This document shows positions 56,738 to 64,000 of a stretch of DNA of 64,000 bases, one piece after another. Location: IMG/VR virus record IMGVR_UViG_3300025150_000004, positions 78,892 through 142,891 of that record; one strand, given 5' to 3'. The translations under genes were made by a program, and so were the position numbers. The notes beneath the pieces are model-generated. The model searched no databases. It was not told where the DNA came from and saw only the letters and a list, made by a program, of their open reading frames with translations. How positions within the stretch are numbered: position 1 is the first letter of the stretch; each line of letters opens with the position of its first letter. This stretch comes from a virus.

Positions 56738-56935
56738 TCAGGCCGCCTTGGAGGGGGCGGCCTTGACGGCATCGAGGACGGCCGTGCGGAGGTTCTGGGC
56801 GTCCGACTTGATCTCCTGCATCGTCTTGCGGATGCGGGTCCCGGCGGCCTTCTGCCCACGGTCGAGCTTGTCGGCGTCGGTCTTGAGGGCTTCGAGCTTG
56901 TCGATCATGGCCTGGAGTTGAGCGGTTGCGGTCAT
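56738..56935 (-). CDS. histone H1-like Hc1-family protein
   Basis: DADKLDRGQKAAGTRIRKTMQEIK..AQNLR signature. Confidence 0.8.
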   Translation of the reverse strand: MTATAQLQAMIDKLEALKTDADKLDRGQKAAGTRIRKTMQEIKSDAQNLRTAVLDAVKAAPSKAA

Positions 56936-57000
56936 CTGAATCTGTCTCCTTGTTTCAGGGCGTTCCTGGTGCCCGTTGGGGCTTTTTACCCCTTCCACCT

Positions 57001-57039
57001 AAAAAGTGAAGCCCCCGCCCGTTTCCGGGCGGGGGCTTC
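57001..57039 (-). terminator. intrinsic terminator
   Basis: gaagcccccgccc-ggaaac-gggcgggggcttc-acttttt on minus strand. Confidence 0.85.
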
Positions 57040-57180
57040 GACGAGGCAACAGATCGAGAGGCGTGTGGGGGTAGCCCACCTGACGTGAGGGTGTCCTTTT
57101 TAGCGGGCAGTGAGCGACCTCGACCCCTATCCGACCGACGGGTGTTTCACCCGTAAAGTAGAAGACGTGCCTCGTCACCG
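57039..57180 (-). ncRNA. structured RNA in 3' UTR of DUF6847-like gene
   Basis: 9-bp closing stem gacgaggca/tgcctcgtc enclosing acgggtg-aaa-cacccgt, ggtcgag/ctcgatc and gtggg/cccac helices. Confidence 0.6.
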
Positions 57181-57191
57181 ACGCCGGGGAC

Positions 57192-57707
57192 CTACGAGAG
57201 GTCGTCCGGGGTCAGATTCGGAACTTCGACCGCCGTGGCGTTTTCGACGGCGATGGCCGCCCGGAGAGCACCTGCGACCCGCCCGGCGGCGGACGCCTTG
57301 GAGATGCACTCGTCCACGGAACAGGACCGGGTGGCGTACTCCCGGTCGGGATCCCGACTGGACGGGTCGTCGAAGCTGTAGTTGTCCCGCTCGGGGCCGG
57401 TTGCCAGCCCCCGCCAGACCTTCTCCAGTCGGCCCGCTCCGCCGACCCGCTTCACGGCCTCGGCGAGCGTGATGTTGCCGATCCCGTCCACGCTGACCTC
57501 GACCAGGAGGTTGTAGCGGGCCTGGGCGGTCTCCACCCTGGCGATCTTCCCCTCGACCTGGATGATCTTCTCGGCCACGGCCTGGGGGGTGGGCTTCTCC
57601 TGGCCCTTGAACTGCCAGAGCCCTGCCTGGAACTGCTTGAACAGCACCTCCCGGGTCGTCTGGAGGTTCCTGCGTGCTTCACGAAGCTGGAATCCTGTGG
57701 TCTTCAT
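57192..57707 (-). CDS. DIP1984/DUF6847-like long helical hairpin protein
   Basis: Architecture MK...L...P.......I......YN....V......TLAEA...AI...N; GGAG RBS. Confidence 0.6.
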   Translation of the reverse strand: MKTTGFQLREARRNLQTTREVLFKQFQAGLWQFKGQEKPTPQAVAEKIIQVEGKIARVETAQARYNLLVEVSVDGIGNITLAEAVKRVGGAGRLEKVWRGLATGPERDNYSFDDPSSRDPDREYATRSCSVDECISKASAAGRVAGALRAAIAVENATAVEVPNLTPDDLS

Positions 57708-57977
57708 GTCGTCTCCCTGCGGTTGCAGTCGGGGCACTCTACCCACCCTGCCCTGGAAATCGAACCCCGCCCCTGTGGTCATCCTGCTGTCCGGCGATGT
57801 CCCCGTTGTTGTTTCCTCGGGCGATCCGGGCCTTGAACAACAACGGCCGCCGAACCTCGGCCCAGGTCACGACTTGCCACAGGTTCCCCTGGTCAGGTGT
57901 TCTTTCCCCGGGTGTTGCCACCGGAGGCACCGGCTGGGGTTCGTGGTAGAATACCCCGGGAAGAGCGAGGTGTACCT

Positions 57978-58667
57978 ATGGAGAGACGTACTTTCCTCAA
58001 GATGTTGGGCATAGGGGCAGGCACCCTGGTGGCACCCACGTTCCTGTTGGGGTCCCGGGAGACCCAGGTGGCTGAGGTCGCCGAGGTCTCCTCGGGCGGG
58101 CTGGCCAAGTCCTGGGTCATCGTGCCGCCGAGGGGCATCGGGGGTGGTCAAGCCGCCATGATGGCCCAGGAGTTCGTGATCACGCCTGTGTTCACCCCAG
58201 GTGTGAACCCCCACGAGGTCTTCTACAAGGCCGCTCTCGAACTCCAGAGGCAGATTGGCGAGGTGACCCTGAACCGCCTCATGGAGGTCCCCGAAGTCCG
58301 GCGGCGGAACGTCGAGGTGGTGACCACGGTGTTCCAGCCGATCCACGCCCGGTCGAAGGGCTGCTGGGAGCCCAGTCATGTGCTCGAAGGGTGGACCGAC
58401 GAGGACTGGCAGGGGTTCGACGTGGTAGCCGACTGCGCCATCGAGGTCAAGGGCTACGGCATCCGGGGTCGAGAGGAGCGAGGGGAGAACTACGGCCACG
58501 GCTGGACTCCCCCCAAGAGCTTCGAGGTCTACTCCACGACCGGCGAGTATCCCATGGAGCTTCCGACCGAACTCGACCTCGGGCACCTGATGGCCCTCGA
58601 CCGGAAGTTCTTCGGCGGAGACCCGAAGGTTACCGGGCGGCTCAAGCATCTCCGGCTGGTCGCCTGA
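57978..58667 (+). CDS. protein with twin-arginine (Tat)-like signal
   Basis: MERRTFLKMLGIGAGTLVAP; GAGG RBS. Confidence 0.7.
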   Translation: MERRTFLKMLGIGAGTLVAPTFLLGSRETQVAEVAEVSSGGLAKSWVIVPPRGIGGGQAAMMAQEFVITPVFTPGVNPHEVFYKAALELQRQIGEVTLNRLMEVPEVRRRNVEVVTTVFQPIHARSKGCWEPSHVLEGWTDEDWQGFDVVADCAIEVKGYGIRGREERGENYGHGWTPPKSFEVYSTTGEYPMELPTELDLGHLMALDRKFFGGDPKVTGRLKHLRLVA

Positions 58668-58668
58668 C

Positions 58669-59727
58669 CTACTCCCACACCTTGGCACGGGGGATCCTTT
58701 TCGGCGGCCGTGGTACATCAGCCCAAGCTGAGCCTTTCTGGATGTTGGAGATGGCCTGCCGGGTGACCCCATAGTCACGACTGATCGCCGATGGGGTCTC
58801 TCCGGCAGCAAGACGGTCGAGGATCGTTTTGATGTCCTCGGGGAGCCGTTTTGATCTTCGGCCTGTAGGACGTTTTTCGGGGCGGTCAAGCTGCGGCCAG
58901 CTTTTGCCGGACACCAAGTCCGACAGGGAAGAGGGGTTGAGGCCAAACTCGGTTGCCAAGTCCTTCTGCCGTTCCCCAGAGGCCACCCTGTCCAAGATGG
59001 CTTGAGCGGTGGTCGCATCGAGTTCGGGCTCTTCCCTGGGGGGGTTCCTTTCAAGGTAAAGGACAGCTTTTTTCAGAACCGCAGGTTGGTCCTTTGCGTG
59101 CCCCAGAAGCAGGTTGCAGTGAAGGCACAGCACCCCCCTCACCTGGCCGGTCCCGTGATGGTGATCGATCTTCCCTTCGACATCTGGGCCGAACACCACA
59201 CCGCACACCTCGCACTCTGTCTTAGACAAAAGCTCCCGTAGCTGATCGTAGGTGAGGTGGTATTTGGACATCCAGGTTGTAGCGGTATGCGCCGCAATCG
59301 GACCCCAGGATGCTTGGGCAATGATCTTGGTCCTTGAGGTCTGGCATCGGTTCTTGTGGCACGTTTTGCAGACGTGCATGAGTCCGTCCGGGGAGTCCGG
59401 TTTCCGATAGAATTCCTCTGGGGAGAACAGCGTTTGGCAGACCTTGCAGGTTTTCTCTTGGGGTGTGAGCCGGGGTGCCGTTTTCTTGAGCGCTCTCCGG
59501 TACGCCCTGGCACAGGTGCGGCACCAGGTCTGCCTTTGTCCTGACTTGGACCGGGAGAACTGCCTGACGGGCTGCTCCTCTTGGCATTTGGTACAGGTCT
59601 TCGTCGCCTGGGCCGCTGCGTCGCCTTCAAGGCAAATCCGACAGAGTTGGCGCTGCCGTCTCCCCTCGAAGATGAAGTCCGCCAGGGGGCGTTCCTCAAG
59701 GCACCGGGCGCAGTGCTTGGTGTCCAT
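58669..59727 (-). CDS. endonuclease VII-type homing endonuclease with zinc-finger repeats and two C-terminal HTHs
   Basis: CEVCG...IDHHH.TG.VRGVLC..CN..LG..KD; KxCxxC repeats. Confidence 0.88.
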   Translation of the reverse strand: MDTKHCARCLEERPLADFIFEGRRQRQLCRICLEGDAAAQATKTCTKCQEEQPVRQFSRSKSGQRQTWCRTCARAYRRALKKTAPRLTPQEKTCKVCQTLFSPEEFYRKPDSPDGLMHVCKTCHKNRCQTSRTKIIAQASWGPIAAHTATTWMSKYHLTYDQLRELLSKTECEVCGVVFGPDVEGKIDHHHGTGQVRGVLCLHCNLLLGHAKDQPAVLKKAVLYLERNPPREEPELDATTAQAILDRVASGERQKDLATEFGLNPSSLSDLVSGKSWPQLDRPEKRPTGRRSKRLPEDIKTILDRLAAGETPSAISRDYGVTRQAISNIQKGSAWADVPRPPKRIPRAKVWE

Positions 59728-59778
59728 GAGGGGTAAGCATACAAATAAACATGAGGCAAGTCCACTACCGAAGGGGTC

Positions 59779-59808
59779 GTTTTTCCGACTATAGCCGCCG
59801 GATAGTAG
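59779..59808 (+). promoter_or_regulatory. putative late promoter for tail tube
   Basis: GTT-tttccgac-TAT-N12-GTAG. Confidence 0.65.
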
Positions 59809-59856
59809 CGAAGCTGCTCTGCCCACGGGGGCCAGAGCCGGACCGGAGGACCAACG

Positions 59857-60711
59857 ATGCCGACGAGCTTGGACAACAACCCCCAGGGTCAGACGGGCGT
59901 ACAGGGCGCTTCCTACCTCTACGACTTCGGAACGTCCCCGAACACCAGGACGGCCGTCTCGCAGAAGGTGCGTCTCCTGACCCCCCAGTACGGCAACGCC
60001 GTGAACCTCTCCCAGATGGGGGTCATCAGCCAGTTCAACCCGACCGAGTCCCGCACGGTCGAGCCGGTTCGTGGCGTCGGCTTCGGCGACATGATCGCCG
60101 AGCTTGTCCCGTCGGTGACCGAGCCGATGACGGGCAGCTTCGAGCGGGCACTCCTGTACCTGTGCAACCTGTGGCAGGCCACTGGCTACGCCTCTGGCGT
60201 GGACGGCCCGGTCCGTTCGCTTCGCCACCACCGCTGGCCGTTCGACATCGAGCAGCAGTTGGTCTTCTCGACCCTCGCCGACGTGGACCTCATGTCGGCG
60301 AACGTCGGGTACAACCAGGGTGCGGGCGGTTCCCCCGGTGCCTTCGACGGCGGTGTGGGCGTCACGACCTTCCCGCAGGTGACCCCGGACAACACCGGGA
60401 ACCCGCAGGGGAACTTCGGCCACACGGCCCTCATCACCATCTACGAGGCGTGCTGGTTCACCTCCTGGTCCACGACCTTCGCCAAGGACACCGGCATGAT
60501 CATGGAGACGGGGGACGTGAGCGTCTCCGATGTCCACGACTTCGCCTCGGTCTACGGCGAGTTCCTCGCCACGGGCAACGACCCGACCATCGGCCAGCTT
60601 GGCTCGATCCGTTTCTCCGAGAACGCCATCGAGAGCGGGAACCCGTTCGCCACGGCAGTCCAGGCGGGCGGCAACCTGAGCGGCGGCGGGGCCATCAGCC
60701 TCAACGTCTGA
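59857..60711 (+). CDS. tail tube protein
   Basis: G.ISQF...ESR.VEPVRGVG.GD...ELVP...PFDIE...YEACWF.SW...F pattern; strong codon bias; position after sheath. Confidence 0.8.
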   Translation: MPTSLDNNPQGQTGVQGASYLYDFGTSPNTRTAVSQKVRLLTPQYGNAVNLSQMGVISQFNPTESRTVEPVRGVGFGDMIAELVPSVTEPMTGSFERALLYLCNLWQATGYASGVDGPVRSLRHHRWPFDIEQQLVFSTLADVDLMSANVGYNQGAGGSPGAFDGGVGVTTFPQVTPDNTGNPQGNFGHTALITIYEACWFTSWSTTFAKDTGMIMETGDVSVSDVHDFASVYGEFLATGNDPTIGQLGSIRFSENAIESGNPFATAVQAGGNLSGGGAISLNV

Positions 60712-60959
60712 TCTCGTGAGGCCCGTCCGCCGGGGGCTGAGAATCCGGCTGGGTAGGATGGATTGAACGACGGGAACAGCCCCGTGGCCGTGAGACGGAC
60801 CGACGGATAGATGAGATCGATCCCTGTGCTTGCCCTCCTCCCCGGCTCGAAGGGGATGGCCAGATGGACCCGATGGAGCTAGCCGACCATCTACCCGTTG
60901 TCCTGCTCTCATGAGGCCCGTGTCGCTGTTTCCCGAACAACCTCCGTTGGATGGAAAAC

Positions 60960-62093
60960 ATGTCGATCAACCTGGAAGCCCTTGAACAAGCCTTTGCCGC
61001 CGTCGAGAAGATCGGGAAGGGCGAGATCACCTTCGACGTAGGCGAGACCCCCGTCACCCTGCGGATCCTGTACCCCGACGAAGAGACGGCGGTGCAGGAG
61101 TGGGCTTCGGCAGAGTTGGCCACGGACAGCGAGGACGAAGACGCTGCCGCTGGGGTGTTCCAGTTCCTCGACCGCTTCAAGCTCGCCACGTTGTCCTACG
61201 CCATCGTCCAGGTGGGTGACCTCGACTTGCGGGACACCCCCTTCGTCCCGACGGGGGAGAAGCTCGACAACGAGAAGGAGGTCAAAATCCCCCGAAACGA
61301 GGCTCTGCGGAAGCTCATCACCCGCTGGACCTCATCTGTGCGGGACGGGATGTTCCGCAAGTACGGGGAGCTTCTGGAGGACGTTGGGGCCAAGGCCGAG
61401 GAGGCCATCAAGTTCAAGCCCGCCGACATCCAGGGGGAGATCGACCGTCTGAATGGGCGTATCGAGGAGCTTCAGGCCCAGTTGGAGGCCGAGGGCAAAA
61501 GCGCCTCCTTCGCCGACCAGGTGCGGCACATCAACGAGATGGGTGTGGAGGAAGAGGCCCACGAGGAGACGCCACCGGCCGAGGCGGCCGAGGAGCCCGA
61601 AAAGCCCGCTCCGAGCCCGCCGCCCCAGAAGCGCCAGCCGGTGACGCCCCAGGCAGCCCCGCCTCCGGCCCAGACCCCCGTGATCCAGCCGAAGGCCACG
61701 CCCAGGGAGGACCCCACGAAGGTGCCTCCTCCTCCGCCTGACGAGTCCATCATCGGGTCGGACGACATGGAAGCCGCCGTCGAGGCCGAGAACCGTCGCC
61801 TCCTGGCCCAGCGTATGGCTGGCCGCCCTGCCGCCCCACAGCCCAGCGGCTCCGCACTCGACGCCGCCCGGATGCAGATGAAAGGACGCCGGGTCCCGCC
61901 CCACCTGGATGCTCAGCAAGTCGCCGAGGAGGTGGCAGGCATGGACGGAGCCGTGGGGCAGGTGGGTCAGACCCCGGCATTCCGCATGGACGAGCCGGAT
62001 GTCCTGGCCACCCAGCCGACCGGCACCAAGCCGCTCATCAACCCCCAGCCGCAGGGTCGTAGGAACCCGAGGTTCCAGCCGCCCAAGACGTAG
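60960..62093 (+). CDS. putative tail assembly chaperone
   Basis: Follows tube; VTLRIL..DEE...LSYAIVQV.D...MF.KY..L pattern; disordered Pro-rich tail. Confidence 0.55.
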   Translation: MSINLEALEQAFAAVEKIGKGEITFDVGETPVTLRILYPDEETAVQEWASAELATDSEDEDAAAGVFQFLDRFKLATLSYAIVQVGDLDLRDTPFVPTGEKLDNEKEVKIPRNEALRKLITRWTSSVRDGMFRKYGELLEDVGAKAEEAIKFKPADIQGEIDRLNGRIEELQAQLEAEGKSASFADQVRHINEMGVEEEAHEETPPAEAAEEPEKPAPSPPPQKRQPVTPQAAPPPAQTPVIQPKATPREDPTKVPPPPPDESIIGSDDMEAAVEAENRRLLAQRMAGRPAAPQPSGSALDAARMQMKGRRVPPHLDAQQVAEEVAGMDGAVGQVGQTPAFRMDEPDVLATQPTGTKPLINPQPQGRRNPRFQPPKT

Positions 62094-62102
62094 TGAGGTG
62101 CC

Positions 62103-63443
62103 GTGCTCCCCCCGACAACCCCAGCACAGAGGGCTCGGCTCTACAAAGACGTGGACGACCTGATCTCTCCGGGGTTCTTGTCGCACAGCCTTCGTGTAGG
62201 ACCGACCACCTTTGTCCTGCGGACCCTCGGGCCTGGAGACTTGTTCCTCCTCCGCCATCGGACAGGTGATGACCTGGTCGATTGGCAGGCGTGGGCCGTG
62301 GCCACCTCCATCTGGATGGTCAACGGTCGCTGCATCCTCGACGAGCCTCACCTGGCCCCTCGGCTGTTCATGATGCTCCAGGCGCTCCCCCGGCGGGCCT
62401 TGGGGGTCCTGTTCTCGACATTCCTCGGGCTGCTGAACCGGATGAAGCGGGCCGAGGACGCCATCGAGCCTTTCATGTACGAGACAGGTTCTCGGTTGAA
62501 GTGGCAGGCCCTCGGCGGGGACATCAAGAATCTTCACCTTGGTGTTCCTGGGGCCGAGCGTCTCGGGATGAACCTCCTCCAGCAGATCTGGGTGACGTTC
62601 AACCGGGCAGAGGATGTCAGGCTCGATTTCGAGAACCAGTGGGAGGGGTTCAAGCTGGTGGCCTCGTCGAACTCCCCCAAAGGCGTTCGGAAGATCGACC
62701 AGAAGGACGCCCAGAGGAAGAAGGATGAGGACAAGCGCCGCCAGTCGGTGATGGATCGCTACTTCTACTATCGGGTGGGGGTGGTAGACCGGGAAGGCTA
62801 CCTCAAGCACCGGGACCGGGATCTCGTGGGTTCCAAGCTGGTCCCCACGAAGACGGTCGAGGAACTGGAAGATGAGATGAAGCGCTGGGTTTCGGGGGAG
62901 TTCGACGAACACGACCGCATCGTCGAAGGCTACAAGCAGCGCATCTTGGCTCGCCAGGCTGAAGTCGAGGCCGAGCGAGAGGAGCGCCGCCGCCAGCTTG
63001 CTGCCGAAGCCGAGAGGCGAGCCAACGAGGGCTTCGAACCCACCCCGCTCATCGGACTCACCCAGGAGCAGCTTGCTCGGATTCTCGCCGAGCGGGACCG
63101 GGGCAGACCGTCCGGTGCTCGTACCGTCTACGACGACGACTTCTTCCGATCCAAGCAGGCCGTGGACAAGCACATCCGCCGACCGGATTCGGGTCGCCTT
63201 CAGGTTCAGGACGGCCGCCTGGTGGACCCGAGGTTCAACCCCGAGGGCTACCAGCGGTCCTTGCAGGAGATGATCGAGGACCGGCAGGTGGGCTACAGCG
63301 ACCAGCCACCGCAGCAGCCAGCACCCCCAGGACCGCCCGGACAGCGGGGGCCTCGTCCGGCGCACATCAGCGAGGGAGACTGGGAGGAGTACGGGGAAAA
63401 GGTGAATCCAGCCGTGTTCGGCGGTCAGGGGAGGGATGACTGA
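62103..63443 (+). CDS. putative second tail assembly chaperone
   Basis: Between first chaperone and tape-measure-like gene; QQIW..FN..ED motif. Confidence 0.5.
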   Translation: MLPPTTPAQRARLYKDVDDLISPGFLSHSLRVGPTTFVLRTLGPGDLFLLRHRTGDDLVDWQAWAVATSIWMVNGRCILDEPHLAPRLFMMLQALPRRALGVLFSTFLGLLNRMKRAEDAIEPFMYETGSRLKWQALGGDIKNLHLGVPGAERLGMNLLQQIWVTFNRAEDVRLDFENQWEGFKLVASSNSPKGVRKIDQKDAQRKKDEDKRRQSVMDRYFYYRVGVVDREGYLKHRDRDLVGSKLVPTKTVEELEDEMKRWVSGEFDEHDRIVEGYKQRILARQAEVEAEREERRRQLAAEAERRANEGFEPTPLIGLTQEQLARILAERDRGRPSGARTVYDDDFFRSKQAVDKHIRRPDSGRLQVQDGRLVDPRFNPEGYQRSLQEMIEDRQVGYSDQPPQQPAPPGPPGQRGPRPAHISEGDWEEYGEKVNPAVFGGQGRDD

Positions 63444-64000
63444 TGCCAGCGGGCAACCCTCTCTACGACTTCACCATCGGGATGGCTCTCGACCAGAGGG
63501 CCATCGTCCGCTCCATCCAGAAACAGGAAGGAGTCCTCAAGAAGGTCTACGACTCCGCCATGGCATCGGCGGTTGAGGCCAACTTCAGCCGACGGAAGCT
63601 CCGAGGCATCGAGCAGGCCATGGCGTCGGCGACCAAAAAGCTGGTCGAGAACCAGCGGCACATCGCCGAGCTTGGGCAGGTCATCGCCAAGAAGGGTCTG
63701 GATGACCGCCTCAAGGATCAGGCCAAAGCGTTGCAGGAGGAGTTGAAGCTCCGACAGAAGGCCATCAAGGAGGAAGCCAAGGAGCGGTTGGAGACCGCCA
63801 GGGAGGCTGCCAAGGAGTATCAGAAGGAACTCTCCAAGGAAAAGGTCCGGGCGGAGCGGCGGGCCAAGGGGAGGCTCCGACAGAAGGCCATCAAGGAGGA
63901 AGCCAAGGAGCGGTTGGAGACCGCCAGGAAGGCTGCCAAGGAGTCTCAGAAGGAACTCTCCAAGGAAAAGGTCCGGGCGGAGCGGCGGGCCAAGGGGATG
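63443..64000 (+). CDS. N-terminus of probable tape measure protein (runs off window)
   Basis: TGATG overlap; open frame MPAGNPLYDFTIGMALD..., helical K/E/A-rich; position. Confidence 0.65.
   Translation, partial: MPAGNPLYDFTIGMALDQRAIVRSIQKQEGVLKKVYDSAMASAVEANFSRRKLRGIEQAMASATKKLVENQRHIAELGQVIAKKGLDDRLKDQAKALQEELKLRQKAIKEEAKERLETAREAAKEYQKELSKEKVRAERRAKGRLRQKAIKEEAKERLETARKAAKESQKELSKEKVRAERRAKGM
63749..63998 (+). repeat. 126-bp in-frame tandem duplication
   Basis: Unit ctccgacagaag... starts at 63749 and 63875; two internal substitutions seen. Confidence 0.9.

Noticed and set aside
62060-62110. Programmed frameshift between the tail chaperones
   Set aside because: No slippery heptamer; the second ORF has its own GAGGTG RBS and GTG start
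1-64000. CRISPR array, tRNA genes, rRNA, DGR or retron
   Set aside because: No regularly spaced repeat-spacer series, cloverleaf, or reverse transcriptase motif found by eye
48594-64000. Tailocin or extracellular contractile injection system
   Set aside because: Head genes and phage nucleotide-metabolism genes are on the same segment
1-64000. Alternative genetic code (stop reassignment)
   Set aside because: Long intact ORFs under code 11 end in TGA, TAG and TAA at sensible positions

Overview
This window is a 64-kb segment of a high-GC, large (probably jumbo) contractile-tailed dsDNA phage and covers most of the virion morphogenesis region. In order it holds head-associated proteins, a prohead protease split by two inteins, a scaffold-like protein with an EF-hand pair, a capsid decoration protein and an HK97-type major capsid protein. 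These are followed by three tandem paralogous structural proteins, neck and head-closure proteins, an actin-fold ATPase, a tail completion protein, a 1793-aa tail sheath, the tail tube, two tail chaperone-like genes and the start of a probable tape measure protein. Interspersed are accessory blocks (metallophosphoesterase, dCMP deaminase, vWA protein, ThyX, spanin-like pair, Hc1 histone-like protein, Tat-signal protein) and about 11 free-standing homing-endonuclease-like genes. The most novel observations are: (1) a stand-alone ~430-nt multi-hairpin ncRNA with its own promoter and terminator (16047-16480); (2) a DIP1984/DUF6847-like coiled-coil gene with a structured RNA in its 3' end; (3) sequence evidence that endonuclease elements insert into conserved gene ends and replace or recode them, with the displaced original C-terminus still present at 22211 and an ATC-start gene at 47932; (4) two phage promoter classes read directly from the sequence; (5) a recurring R-V-A-x-R/x-aromatic-L and K/R-x-A motif in head proteins. 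Lipoproteins and DAG motifs suggest a diderm, possibly myxobacterial, host (inference). No database searches could be run, so all family calls come from motif recognition and gene order.
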